Shown here: positions 51,969 to 63,640 of the stretch, piece after piece | Position numbering within the stretch: the first letter of the stretch is position 1 | Layout: each line of letters starts with the position of its first letter | NCBI GenBank assembly: GCA_963765495.1 | Contig: CAVXWP010000016.1 | Location: 339,216 to 403,215, forward strand | DNA: 64,000 nt | DNA from: Blastocatellia bacterium | GTDB lineage: Bacteria; Acidobacteriota; Blastocatellia; UBA7656 | Direction of reading: 5' to 3' | The notes under the pieces: model-generated | Told to the model about the DNA's origin: nothing | The model's input: only the letters and a program-made list of their open reading frames with translations | The model's database searches: none | Position numbers and translations under genes: made by a program

Positions 51969-53099
51969 CTATGTGTCGAGAGAGGTAGATCGTTCGTTGA
52001 TCTCGATAAATAGATACATTGCCAGATCGCGGTTCAAGCCTCGCAGAATTCTGTGCTCTTCCATAGCCGCTTCTTTGTTTTCCATAGCGACATAGGTCAG
52101 CCCCATATTGTAATGGGCCGCGGCCAGATCGGGTTTGAGATGAACCGCTTCCCGGCAGGCTTCCAGAGCCTCTTCATATAGCCCCAGTCCCGAGCAGGCC
52201 ATACCGAGATAGGTGTAGGCCATTGCGTCTTCCTTATTGACTGCTATTACTTTTTTCCACGCTTCGACAGCTTCTTCAAACAACTCGAGTTTCTGATAAA
52301 TCCCGCCCAGCAGATAATGAGCAAGTACGTCATCCGGTTTGAGACGGCTCAATTCAGTATAAGACTTTATCGCTTCTTCATACCGGCCCGTGTTGTCATA
52401 AGCTACTCCAAGATTATAGAGCGCATCCATATCATCCGGCAGGAGCGCAACGGCCTTCTCATATACTTCAACAGCCGCTTCATAGTTGTTTTCCTCTATG
52501 TAAAGCTCGCCAAGTTTCCTGAAGGCATCACCATACTCGGGGTTGATCTTTATAGCCTTTTTGAAAGCCTCTTCCGCTTTCTTATTTTCTTCCAACTGGC
52601 GATAGGCACACCCGAGACCATAATAAGCCCTGGAGTCCGCGCCGGGAAAAACGAAGCCGACACGAAGCGCCTGTTCATAGGCTCGCACAGCCCTATCGTG
52701 CTGTCCCGTTTCCGCGTAGGCAAAGGCCAGATTATATATTGCTTCGGCATCATTCGGGTTGATTCTAACTGCGAAGGTAAGGACCGTAACAGCTTCGTCA
52801 TAATCACCCATCTCACCGCAGGCCACCCCAAGATTGTAGAGTGTTGTGGCGTCGTTTGGATTGATGGAGAGTTCCTGTCTGAAGGCATGCGCCGCTTCTT
52901 CAAATCGGCTCAATCTGGCATAAACCATGCCGAGCTTGAAATTTGTTCCTGCCTGCTCAATACCGGTTTCAATCGCTCGCTCGTAAGCATCAACGGCTTC
53001 CTCTAAACGTCCTGATCCGGCAAAGCTATCGCCCTGCCTGGCCGCTTCGACCATAGCCCGTGTTTGCCTGCGCTTTTTCAAATCATCAATAAGCCGCAT
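51969..53099 (-). CDS. TPR repeat protein
   Basis: Repeated YNLGV/AY..NP 34-aa units. Confidence 0.88.
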   Translation of the reverse strand: MRLIDDLKKRRQTRAMVEAARQGDSFAGSGRLEEAVDAYERAIETGIEQAGTNFKLGMVYARLSRFEEAAHAFRQELSINPNDATTLYNLGVACGEMGDYDEAVTVLTFAVRINPNDAEAIYNLAFAYAETGQHDRAVRAYEQALRVGFVFPGADSRAYYGLGCAYRQLEENKKAEEAFKKAIKINPEYGDAFRKLGELYIEENNYEAAVEVYEKAVALLPDDMDALYNLGVAYDNTGRYEEAIKSYTELSRLKPDDVLAHYLLGGIYQKLELFEEAVEAWKKVIAVNKEDAMAYTYLGMACSGLGLYEEALEACREAVHLKPDLAAAHYNMGLTYVAMENKEAAMEEHRILRGLNRDLAMYLFIEINERSTSLDT

Positions 53100-53190
53100 T
53101 CCTATAAACTCTTCGGCAAGAATAGAGTGCTAAGACTAAATAATTGAAATCAAATTCCAGCGTCAAGGATATTTCAGGAAAAGCCGGATA

Positions 53191-53225
53191 TAAAGCAAGG
53201 CCGCCTTGAAAGCGGCCTTGCTTTA
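53191..53225. terminator. Hairpin terminator downstream of tRNA fragment
   Basis: taaagcaaggccgc-cttgaaa-gcggccttgcttta. Confidence 0.8.
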
Positions 53226-53235
53226 CAGAATTTAA

Positions 53236-53283
53236 TGGCGCGGCTGGAAAGATTCGAACCTGCGACCCCAGTTTCGCAGACTG
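53236..53283 (-). other. tRNA-Arg 3'-half fragment (att site copy 1)
   Basis: Minus strand CAGTCTGCGAAACTGGGGTCGCAGGTTCGAATCTTTCCAGCCGCGCCA: anticodon arm, T arm and CCA but no 5' half. Confidence 0.8.
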
Positions 53284-53555
53284 CCCCGGCCTCTTTTTGT
53301 CAGTCTTCCTGAGTTTCATTGAGAACGCTAAATCGTTGATTAATCTAACATATCAGCCTGGAATATTATACCTCTGTGTTGCTGAATTTTGCTGAATTTT
53401 GCCGAGATGACACACCATGCACTACTGATTGAAAATCTACAATACCATAGTGCGAAAGAGTCAGAATCCATTCACACAGGGGCAGAATAGAAGTAATTTT
53501 AAGTCCCTGGAATTTTGGCGAGAATGCCAGGACGCCCAAATGTTTTCACAACGGG

Positions 53556-54245
53556 TCAACCCGGCTTGATAAGATTAAAGAATCTCTTTTTGTAGGTCTC
53601 TGAAATCGGAATGATGCGATCCTTGATTTTGATACGGTCTTTTTCGATTGATTCTATTTTGTCGAGCGAAACCATATAAGACTTGTGTACCCTGCAAATG
53701 ATATTTGGCGGGATTTGCCGTTCAAATTCGGCGAAGGTTTGGAGCGTCATAATCCGTTTGCCAGCGGTGTGAATTTTGCGGTAATCGCGCATTCCTTCGA
53801 TAAAAATTATTTCGCTTAGAACAACTTTTTCCAGACGATTTTCAGTTTTGACGAATATAAAATTGTTTGGCGCAACCATCTGTCTCTTCGGCAGATTGCT
53901 CTCTGCGCGGTCAACCGCCTGAATAAATCTTTCAAACGTAAAAGGTTTTAAGATATAATCCGCAACCTTTAAATCGAATCCTTTCAAGGCGTATTCCTGA
54001 TAAGCCGTCGTGAGGATTACCTGACTCGTAATCGCCGAGGTTTCGAGCAGTTGAATACCCGAAATTTCGCCTAAATTTATGTCTAAAAAAATCAAATCAA
54101 CTTTGTTGGTTTTTAGAAACGTCAGAGCGTCAAGCGCATTGTCGAAGGTCGCGTGCAAATTTAGAAAAGGGAGTCTTAGCGCATATTCTTTTGTGCGTTC
54201 GAGCGCGAGCGGTTCGTCTTCGACGATAATGCAGTTAATTCTCAT
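53556..54245 (-). CDS. LytTR-family response regulator
   Basis: CIIVEDEPLA, IFLDI, DYILKPF, RVHKSY. Confidence 0.93.
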   Translation of the reverse strand: MRINCIIVEDEPLALERTKEYALRLPFLNLHATFDNALDALTFLKTNKVDLIFLDINLGEISGIQLLETSAITSQVILTTAYQEYALKGFDLKVADYILKPFTFERFIQAVDRAESNLPKRQMVAPNNFIFVKTENRLEKVVLSEIIFIEGMRDYRKIHTAGKRIMTLQTFAEFERQIPPNIICRVHKSYMVSLDKIESIEKDRIKIKDRIIPISETYKKRFFNLIKPG

Positions 54246-55281
54246 ACAGCGTCAATTCTACCTTGTAAATTCCGTCCCTCTCGGCAATCTTCAACGAGTG
54301 TTTCTCGGGATATGTTAACATCAGACGTCTTTTTATCAACTCGTTTCCCAAACCGCCGAAACCCCGTCTTCTGTCCGGGTTTGCTTGATAAGAATTTTCG
54401 CATTCGAAAATAATTTTGCGCTCTTCAATCGAGACCCTGATAAGGATCGAGTGGTAATTCTTTTTGTTTTCGGTATGTTTGAAGGCATTTTCGATAAACG
54501 GGAAAATGATCATCGGCGCGATTGTCAAATTACCCGCATCGCCCGTCACTTCAAAAATTACATAATTCGGATTGGTCGTGCGAATTTTTTGCAGTTCGAG
54601 GTATTTTTCGATGTAATCGAGTTCCTTGGCGAGCGAGATTTTATCGGTTTTCGTTTCGTATACCATGTATCGCAAAATGTCCGAGAGTTTTTTGAGATAT
54701 TCCGAAGCGAGTCCGGCTTTTTTCGTGATCAAAACATCTATGTTGTTTAGAGTATTGAACAAAAAATGCGGATTGATCTGCGATTTGATCAATGCCATCT
54801 CCATCTCGAAATTTCTTTGAGCAAGTTCCTCCTTCAGTTTGATTTCCTCATACCATGTGATAAAACCACGAATCACAAGCGCGATCCCGCCGTGAATCGC
54901 GGCGATTACAAAGAGGCTTGCCGTGAGCGAAAAAAACTCGCGCGCGTCGGAAAAAATCACCTGTTCAAAACCGAAAAAGACGACCGAAATAAACGCGCCG
55001 GAAAAAGCGGAGATCAGACAAACCGAGGCCCCGAAAATAATCAGAGCGAAGATTTTCTTGCGACCTAAAAATCTCGAAAACAGAAGAAAATAGAAAGAGT
55101 AAAACGAGATGAGATTCGGCGCTACGCACAAAATAACCAAAGGAAAAAGCGACCGTAAATTCGGCGGCGCTCTTCTGACCTGCGTTTCGGCGACGGCGAA
55201 AATAACCGATAGAAGCAGCAGATAAATCAGCCAGTAACTGCCATGAAGGAGAACTACAATCGTTCTTTTCATCTCAGGCAA
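54235..55281 (-). CDS. LytS-type sensor histidine kinase
   Basis: KSQINPHFLFNTLNNI, PFIENAFKH, GGLGN. Confidence 0.92.
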   Translation of the reverse strand: MPEMKRTIVVLLHGSYWLIYLLLLSVIFAVAETQVRRAPPNLRSLFPLVILCVAPNLISFYSFYFLLFSRFLGRKKIFALIIFGASVCLISAFSGAFISVVFFGFEQVIFSDAREFFSLTASLFVIAAIHGGIALVIRGFITWYEEIKLKEELAQRNFEMEMALIKSQINPHFLFNTLNNIDVLITKKAGLASEYLKKLSDILRYMVYETKTDKISLAKELDYIEKYLELQKIRTTNPNYVIFEVTGDAGNLTIAPMIIFPFIENAFKHTENKKNYHSILIRVSIEERKIIFECENSYQANPDRRRGFGGLGNELIKRRLMLTYPEKHSLKIAERDGIYKVELTLYEN

Positions 55282-55284
55282 AGT

Positions 55285-56070
55285 TCATCCTTTTTCCTTT
55301 TTAGTGACATATAAACCCCAGCTAGCGATTGTAAACGCGGCAAAATAAATAACCGCGAGAAGCTCAATATTGACGGGCAATTTTCGGTTGGCGAATTGTC
55401 CAGAGGAGGTTAAAAAATTGATAGCGCCGTGGATATACGGGAATAAATAGCTGTATTCCCACGAAAGCATGCCGATGCCCAGAAACCAAATTGCGAACCC
55501 TGCCCCTACGGGGACCAGAAAATTCTTAAATTGAAGACTGATCAAATATTGCAGAGCAACAATCGGCAGACAGTCAACGAAAAAATGGATGTTGGCTATC
55601 CCAAAATCTTTAAGAGGAATAGGCGCAGTCGGATAGGGAACGTTTCTGAAAATCAGTGAAGGGATCACTGCTGACATATAAACTCCGATATTGAACAGCG
55701 CGAAAACTTCTACGAGCATTATCAAAATCACCAGAAATTTTGCCAGGAAAATCGTCGTAAACCCTTGCGGCGTTGTGTGCAGTTGCTTCCAGGTGTTGCT
55801 TCTGTATTCGATTTGGGCGATCAAAGCCGTCGCCAAAATAATGCCCATAGGCAGTAAAAACACCTCCATTGATTCCCACGATTGATTCCACAATTTCCTC
55901 CAAAAATCATCCGAAATATAAAGCGCGGGCAACGCGGCGTGATTCTTTATTCTGGAGGTCAAAATTATCATCGGCGTAAAAAACGCCCCGATGATAACGA
56001 GCCACGATGCCAGACTGCGTCTCTTCTTGAGCCATTCGCTTTGAAAACTATTGATAAAGGTCATCGTCAT
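55285..56070 (-). CDS. ABC-2 type permease (LanE/G-like)
   Basis: SEWLKKRRS, IEYRSNTWKQL, FLAKF, six TMs. Confidence 0.88.
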   Translation of the reverse strand: MTMTFINSFQSEWLKKRRSLASWLVIIGAFFTPMIILTSRIKNHAALPALYISDDFWRKLWNQSWESMEVFLLPMGIILATALIAQIEYRSNTWKQLHTTPQGFTTIFLAKFLVILIMLVEVFALFNIGVYMSAVIPSLIFRNVPYPTAPIPLKDFGIANIHFFVDCLPIVALQYLISLQFKNFLVPVGAGFAIWFLGIGMLSWEYSYLFPYIHGAINFLTSSGQFANRKLPVNIELLAVIYFAAFTIASWGLYVTKKEKG

Positions 56071-57003
56071 TTACTCGCTGATTACATCGAAAAAGATTCT
56101 TTCCAGGTCGTTTTCAATATAGCCGATTTGATAAACCTCGATTCCACTCTGGACCAATTTTTGATTGATGGTGGCGATTTGTTCCCTTTCGAAACCCGGG
56201 ATTGCAATTCTGCCGGATTCAATCCGCGAATCGAAACCGAGTTCGTTTATGATCTGCAAAGTTTTCGCATGATCATTCGTTTCAAAAACGGTGAATGAAT
56301 TTTGCCGCCGCTTTCTCATCAGTTCGGCAAGCGTTCCCTGAAACAAAATTTTGCCTTTATTGATGATGCCGATGTGCGTTACGAGTTTTTCGATTTCAGA
56401 TAATAGATGGCTGGAAATTAAGATCGTAATCCCGTGATTCCTATTCAAATTTTGCAGTAGTTCGCGGATTTCAAGGATTCCGTTCGGATCTAAACCATTA
56501 GTCGGTTCGTCCAAAATCAGCAAAGACGGTGAATGAAGCAGAGCTATCGCAATGCTAAGGCGCTGTTTCATTCCGAGTGAAAATTGACTCGTCTTTTTTC
56601 TGCCCGTCTGTGCCAGACCGACTAATTCCAAAACTTCTTTAATCCGTTCTTTCGGGCATTGATAAACTCTCTGCAAGATTTTCAGATTTTCAATTGCAGT
56701 CAGATGCCCATAAATCGAAGGACTTTCGATCATCGAACCAACCCGCCGCAATGTCTCGACACGGTTTTTTTCAAACGGCTTTCCGAAAACCGAAATCTCG
56801 CCGTGTTGTTTTTTGAGCAAGCCCAAAATCAGTTTCAGCGTTGTAGTCTTTCCCGCGCCGTTAGGGCCCAAAAAACCGTAAATACTGCCTTCGATAACCC
56901 GAAGATTTACACGATTCAAAGCCCTCTCTTTTTCCGAAAATTTATGCGTTAAATCAATTGTTTCTATACAACAGATCGGGCTTTGATTTAGACTTCCAAC
57001 CAT
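56071..57003 (-). CDS. ABC transporter ATP-binding protein (BcrA/LanF-like)
   Basis: GPNGAGKTT, FSLGMKQRL, ILDEPTNGLDP, SSHLL; start uncertain. Confidence 0.93.
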   Translation of the reverse strand: MVGSLNQSPICCIETIDLTHKFSEKERALNRVNLRVIEGSIYGFLGPNGAGKTTTLKLILGLLKKQHGEISVFGKPFEKNRVETLRRVGSMIESPSIYGHLTAIENLKILQRVYQCPKERIKEVLELVGLAQTGRKKTSQFSLGMKQRLSIAIALLHSPSLLILDEPTNGLDPNGILEIRELLQNLNRNHGITILISSHLLSEIEKLVTHIGIINKGKILFQGTLAELMRKRRQNSFTVFETNDHAKTLQIINELGFDSRIESGRIAIPGFEREQIATINQKLVQSGIEVYQIGYIENDLERIFFDVISE

Positions 57004-57211
57004 ATTGTTAAACTTTCTTTCGGATTGCTGCTTAAACAATCCGTCAATTGTTGAAGCGAAGGATAATCTTAAGATAGCGGGAAATCTTTTCTGTTACGAA
57101 TATATTCTGCTAACCGATGATATAGGTCTGCAAAAAGGCAATTTTGTCCGGTGTTCAATAGTGCGCCATTCGATGGCAATCTTGATGCCATGATTGACAC
57201 ACCAAAAAGAA

Positions 57212-57235
57212 AAGGGCAGCTTTCGGGCTGCCCTT
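57212..57235 (-). terminator. Hairpin terminator downstream of second tRNA fragment
   Basis: aagggcagc-tttcgg-gctgccctt with an A-tract on the left. Confidence 0.75.
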
Positions 57236-57253
57236 AAATTATTGAAACCGAAA

Positions 57254-57295
57254 TGCGGCTGGCAAGATTCGAACTTGCGACCCCCAGTTTCGTAG
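57254..57295 (-). other. tRNA-Arg(ACG) 3'-half fragment (att site copy 2)
   Basis: Minus strand CTACGAAACTGGGGGTCGCAAGTTCGAATCTTGCCAGCCGCA; near-identical to 53236..53283. Confidence 0.8.
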
Positions 57296-57634
57296 TTCGA
57301 AGCAAACGTATTATAGCGTGTTATAACGTCCATAGAATCAACAACTTACGTGCTGGTGTTTCCATTGTGTATCACTACTTTTTAAGCTGTCTGCTACATG
57401 GGTTGCTACAGTGATTGCTACAGACTTCATATCTTGTCTGCATCCTGACGTTTTCAATCTCTCCAAAATCTCCTCATCTAATCTGGGAAAGCTCTTGACA
57501 CCTTCTTGAGCAAATGTTCGTCGGATTCTGATATCCTCTTGAATACTGAGCAGGTCTGATTGCTCATCCTTTGACAGCATTGATGGATCAATCTGGCACT
57601 AACTCAATATAATACTCAACCCTGATTCTATCTC

Positions 57635-59682
57635 TCAGTTCATCCCCAGTGCTTTCATAGCTGCTGTCAGAGGATCGCTATAGAAGACAGGATCAACTCG
57701 TTCGACTATATCTGCCGATACATCCAGAAAATGGCGCTTATTCTCTATTGGGATCAGTGCGCGCCGAGCCCCGTTGTCCATACCCGTCTGCAGAGGCTCA
57801 GCCAGAGAACGAACCGCCTTGATGTTTCCTTGAATACTGAGATCCCCTAAGATCAGCAGTCCAGGCAACACCGGATGTTTTTTGATAGCAGAGTAGATTG
57901 CTATCACAAGCCCCGTACCTGCATTGCACGAAATATGATTGCTTAATAACGATCAATGGCTTCCACATGAAAAGTCTGTCGTGGCAACTGCCTGAGCAAT
58001 CCCCATCTCGATCTTGTGCCCTTGAATATAGGCAAATGCCCTCTGTATTGACTCTCTCATCGTTCCGTCAATGCCGCCTGCTATCTTCAACTTGCCTGTG
58101 CCGGGCGAGCATCCAACTTCCAGCCGGTATAGTCCTACCTTTCCCTGATCATCCACTGTAAGCTGTATAAATTGATCCGGGAGCAAGTGGATCGGAGGAG
58201 ATGAGATTGCGGCCTCCCTCTTCGGGAGCACCCACAAATCGCTCGTCACGTGTTTCGTTATCAATATAAGAAAACGAGGTTTGATGATATTCAAAAGAAC
58301 CCATCTTCTTAAGTTGCTCCTTTACCCGCCGCCGCCCTTCTACACAGAGTTCTACCAGATCAGCCATCTCTTCTTTAGACACCTCTCCGTGCGGGTGGAT
58401 CAGCTTAATTAATCCTGCTACAGATTTCCGCACCGCCTTTACATCCCGAGCATTCAGATGCGATCCCAAAGAAAAATAGTGGTCTATCATCTCTGTGAAA
58501 TTATGACGGCGCAGTTCGCGCAATGCTTCGGCCAGATAATCTGACGACGAACCCATAGTGATTTGTAAAAATACTCGATGCGCATCTTCGGCACTTCCCA
58601 ACCGGGCACATAGAAATGTATCCGGTCGAGAAACGCCATATCTCCCGGATTACCTCAGGCATAGGGGTAAATAGATGAGAGGATCGACCATGACTTCAAC
58701 CGGCTGATTTGTGTTTCCAAACAACGCCATAGAAGCGGTCCCCGACAATGCGTCTTTGCCCCTGGCAAAGGTTCCGGATTCGCAATAGGTTTTTAGCGTG
58801 GTTACAACCTCCTTGGGCATCTTTTGAAGATCTGCCACTTCATCGAAGGCCACTGCATCCCACAATCCTACGAGTCCCATTTTTCCAGTAGCCATGTTGT
58901 AAAAGAGATTCGCCACCGTAGTTGGACCCGTCAAAAGAATCACATAAGGCGAAAGTTCCTGGTATGCGTAGGATTTCCCGTTCCTCTTGGACCAAGTTCC
59001 ACCAAGTTAAAATTTTGCTCACATAACGGGATCAGCCTTACCAGAAACAGCAGCTTCAGCCGCCGATCAAAATGAGTCGGCTCTAAGCCTATACTTCCGA
59101 TGAGAAGGTCTATCCACTCGTCTGTAGTGAATTGAAGGCGGCACTGTCGGTACTCTTCAAGATCAAAGCTCGCAAGCTGAATCGGCTTTATGTCATCAAT
59201 CCAGAATGGGCTTCGCTTCCCGGTTGCAGTTTCATCATATTCGTGTCGGAGGTTCACCTGCGCCCAGATACCCCCATAAGAAGCCGATCATACTCTCGAA
59301 TGTAACGCTCGGGGACATGAACGTATTTGTGCCCAAAGTTTACGAACTCGGCCCAGTATTTATCATCATCAGACAGATATCGGACTTTGATTTTATCAAT
59401 GAGAGTGTGTTTGCCCTTCTCTCGAACCAGAGATTGAGCCTTGTTAGCTTCATCCGGTCGCACAAAGTTATCGGCCAGCGTCGAATTTACCACTCTCAGG
59501 CCAGCATCGATGGCTACAGGATCATCTGTAGCGCAATACTTGCCGAGCAGGTATTCAAGGACGAAAACCGGTACATTAGCGCCAACCTTTACTTTTCGAA
59601 CAAGGTCCTTCCGTACAACCTTTCCGGCAAATACTGAGGCGGCTTTTCGATCAAGGTCGGGCATCTGCTCAAATCCTCTCAA
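57635..59682 (-). pseudogene. brxL: BREX Lon-like protein BrxL, in six frameshifted pieces
   Basis: FAGKVVRKDL..NVPVFVLEYLLGKYC, VELGPRGTG, VAFDEV, ARDVKAV, EGRRRVKEQL, LGDLSIQG. Confidence 0.85.
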
Positions 59683-62265
59683 ATTGATATTGCCATTTCT
59701 ACTTTGTCTAATCGAGCCATCTCCCTCCCACTCGTGGCGTCTAAGAGTTGAACCGTTACGAATCTATTTGATGTCTCTTTTGTTATCATCAAAGTTATTG
59801 TGTTCGGCTCAATAGCTCGGGAGCCATCTTCGACCAATCTGAGTTGTACGTCGCCAGTCCCTTCTTCAAATCCATACGAGGCACTGATAGGCGTCGAGAT
59901 CGCTTCATCTTTTGCCCGGATCTCGATTCTCACTTTGGGCAGCACCGGCTCATATAATCCGGTTGGTGTGCCGACGACCTGAACGGAAAAGAATCGCGTG
60001 CTTATCTTTTCACTGCCGGGAGTGAACTTCCAGACTATTTCGCCCTCTATATTTGGAGCCTTCTTCTCTTTAGGTATTAACGTGAGAACGGGAATGATTA
60101 ATTCCTGTGGCGACATTCCTCCATGAAAATAGGCGCTCGCCCCGGCCTTCACCTTAAAACACGCGAAATTCCAGGGAGTGGCTATCTCCAATTCTCCACC
60201 AAGCCCGAAATCTGAGAGTCGGGCACGTAGGTATGATGCGCCGCCGTGTCCGCCGCGCCCCACCCACACCCGGCGATGAAGGTCCGCCGTGTTACCGCCC
60301 GGAGCGTCTATTTTCATCCCGCTTTCTAATTCATCGCCGAACGGATAGCCATGATCGGCAGCAATAATCATATGCTTCACTCCCTGATCTCTGAGAACCC
60401 GTAACGCTCGCCCCAATTGGTGCAGCACATCATCCAATGTGGCGGCGAGCCAGATGCAGGTTTTCTTCTTCACCAAGACTGTCAATTTCCTGAGATGTTA
60501 CAAGGATCAGTTTCGCGCCGCGAATCCCATCTTCAGTCTCTCTTTTAGGCTTGGGCAGCAGGTCGTCAAGTTTAGAGTCGAATACGTCTGCGCCTGCGTT
60601 AGCCTTTACGAATTTCATCCGGTCTTTCCGATCCTTGATGACGGTTCCTTTGATTTCAAACCCCAGCTTGCCTTCCCCTACAGGCACTATAGCGGGAGAT
60701 TCCTGTGCGCCGGGCAGTAGCGCTGCCATGCCTATCTCTGTAATTGTTGGACAGAGTCCTATCGCGGGCTGAAAGCTCCACATTAAATTCCGGTGAAAGG
60801 GATTCAGCTAGCTCACGGGCCATCTCGAACCTCAAGGCATCTACCCAGACATAAGCCGTCCTTCCCTCGGCAATCTGCGCCTTTACTCTCTTTCTCAAAC
60901 ACTTCGGTCTGCCTTAGGATGCCTGTCATCCGAAACTTTGCCCTCTGATACTGCCTCAGGAAATGTTCTGCCATCGCAGAGGCAACCTCCATATATCGCT
61001 GTCTGGCCTTCAGGATAAGTTGTTCCAATCCCTGATGACCCTCATCTAAATCGAAGTCGAAATTATGGAATCGGCGTTCCATGTTGCCTGTGGTATGAGT
61101 CGAGTAAAAGACCATGGCCGGTCACTCTCAGTGTAGGCTCTGAATATGCCTTCGGCATCAGATGGAGAGGTCTATTTCCTTCTCGATACGGTCAGCTTCC
61201 AGCAGCAGTTGTCCGCACACGCCTACGAGCGCCCACCGGGCTTGCACATCCGGTTTCTGCTCCGACCAGAAACTTGATTGCCTTCCCCGTGCGGCTTCCA
61301 CCAACTGATCTGTTGCCTTGTTTAATAACGCTTCCTCAATACATCGCTGAAGAGTTCTTTCTACGGTCGAGAAATGTCTCTACTCCGGCAATCTGATTCT
61401 GTGTGAAATCAATCGCAGCCAGCCCAAGCTCTTTGGCAATCAGAAGCGAATGATTCACGTAGCTTTCACGAAAGTCGCGTCTGAGCCTCCAATTTCTGGC
61501 CAGAGCTACACAAGCTTCTCGCGTCGAAGGTTTTGACGCGGTCTTGACCGTAGCCAGTTGAGAGGGAGCTTCTCCATGGATCCAATAGATCAGTGACAAG
61601 GAGTTGTCGCGCTATCCGGGACCGCCCAGGCCGATAGCGTCTCATACGAGGTGATCCACGCCGAATGCGCTTCCAAGAAGGACCGCCAATTCACCCGCAG
61701 CGCCCTTACTCAAAATAGCTTCGTCAAAATCCTCGCTGGACAAGAAAGCGAGCGCAACGTCCTGAGGATTGCCGGTCCCAAAAATCACCGATATCACACC
61801 TTTTGTGATATCTTCGCCCTTATCGGCCAGCGCATCCAGATCGGTCAGACTCAGTTTTCCCGCCTCGACTTGCTTTTCGATAGAAGCGGCTGTCTCTTCA
61901 CCAAGTATCGGCTTCAGGACGTTGCGGGCTATAATCGAAAGCCTGGTGTTTCGAACAGGCGGCTGCTGGCCGGGTTTTATAACCACTCCGGCCGCCTCCC
62001 ATTTCGATTAATGCGTCATGTGTTATCGTGATCCAACGGCACATAGACAAGCAGGCGCGGCGGTTTCAAATCTCCCAGTTCGCGGCTCAATTCCGTTGCG
62101 CAATGCAAAGAAGCTCCCCTCGTAGCGCTCTACGGCAGTATTCGGTATAGCAATCTCTTTTATCGTATCGGCGTAGTGCTTTTCTGGATCAAACCAAAGC
62201 ACCAGAGAGTGATCGTCAACCTGCTTTGCAATCACGTTTCGGAGATAATCTGTAACGATGCCCAT
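59679..62265 (-). pseudogene. pglZ: BREX PglZ-domain protein, in at least seven frameshifted pieces
   Basis: VLWFDP N-terminus, VDALRFE, PTITEIGMAALLP, AADHG, YFHGGMSPQELIIPV. Confidence 0.85.
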
Positions 62266-62342
62266 ATCAAATCTTTCTATAGGTTCAGAAGCGTGGCCTG
62301 ATAAATACCAGCGACGAAATTCCTTGCGAAAATGTTAGATCA

Positions 62343-63640
62343 TCACGCTACCTGCCTACGATTTCCTTTTGCCGAATTATCCCTTCGGCACATCATGGCA
62401 GCGTTATCGAGCGCCGTTCGCCCGCTCTTGCTGTAAGGATTTATGTGATCAATGGTGAAGTCTTCCCAGGTAAGTTTCTTGCCGCAGGCTACGCACTTGC
62501 GAGTGTCCGATGTGTTCCAGAGGATGCGCCGTTGCTCAGGGCTGAATAGGCGCGCCGAATCTTTTCGCTCAAACAGGGTTTCAAGGAGACCTCTCAATAT
62601 CTTCTCGCGATTTCTGCGATGTTTGATTTCGTCTGTCGCTTCGCGCACTGTCAACAGGTATTCGCGGTACAATTCCTGGCCGGGCTTGATTCCCTGAATA
62701 CCCTTTTGACTCTCGCTCACAATATCGACACCCGTAGAAAACGCCGCGAGAATCCCGGCTGCCAGCCTGTTGCGCCTGCAGTCGGTCAGAATCAGCTTTT
62801 CTCGTTCAATTTTTGGATGAGCACGGCAAGGTACTAATCCGAAATTCTCCTGAATCGTGTATGACGAAGCTCGGGGAACATCGTCTTCAATCTGTTCAAA
62901 CCCGTAACGGTCGCTTGCACGGCCTTGTCGAGTTGTCGCCCGCTGATCGAATCTGACTGCATCACTTTGTCAAGAGCGGCCTTTTTGCTTGTCACATCTT
63001 CGCTGTGCGCGGCAACTATCAATTCGCAGATCAACTCGATGTGCTTCATCCGTGATACCTGTGCGGCGCTCAGTATATTGACGCTGTGAAGTAGTCTACA
63101 TACTTTCTGGCAAGCTGCCCGCCTTCATTAGAAACTCGCTGTTGTAGTATTTTGCGTGCTGTTTTTTCGGCCCCGGTAAGCGCCTTGCCCGTGGAATTGA
63201 TTCTGACGAATAGATCAATGATGTCGGCCAGATCGCCTTCAACCTCGATTGTTTGCAGTTTATAGCCGGTTATAATGTCTAAAGCTCATTTCCTTTAATA
63301 ATGCTCCAGTCAATCAAGCCGGGCTGCTCTTGATCGGGCAGTTGCGATTTTGTCGAGAATCGCTTGCCGTAGATGATGCCGATAAACCTGAATATGGATT
63401 CGATCCTCTGCTTGCCGTCAATCACATCATCGACATGTTCGCCGTCTTCGATGCGGCGGTAGAGGAAGATTGACGGCATAGGGTAGTTTCGCAATATCGA
63501 ATCAATCAGTTTCTTGCGATCATTCTCTTGCCAGACCGAGGAGCGTTGAAAGCCGGGCTCAAGATTAGACTGCCCTTCTCGTATGAGTTGATTATATCCT
63601 GAACCGTCTTCTGATCGGTCTCATACTTAATCTTGCTCAT
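62343..63640 (-). pseudogene. DUF262 (GmrSD-type) plus HNH endonuclease, frameshifted
   Basis: Manual reading across frames: MSKIKYE..PGFQRSSVW..LIDSILRNYPMPSIF..DVIDGKQR..FVRINSTGKAL..CVACGKKLTWEDFTIDHINPYSKSGRTALDNAAMMCRRDNSAKG. Confidence 0.82.

Noticed and set aside
53236-53283. Possible functional tRNA-Arg(GCG)
   Set aside because: No D arm or 5' acceptor strand and the T stem is mismatched; treated as an att remnant
57338-57580. 80-aa minus-strand ORF after brxL
   Set aside because: Overlaps the att-arm repeats and has no motifs; cannot be supported as a gene
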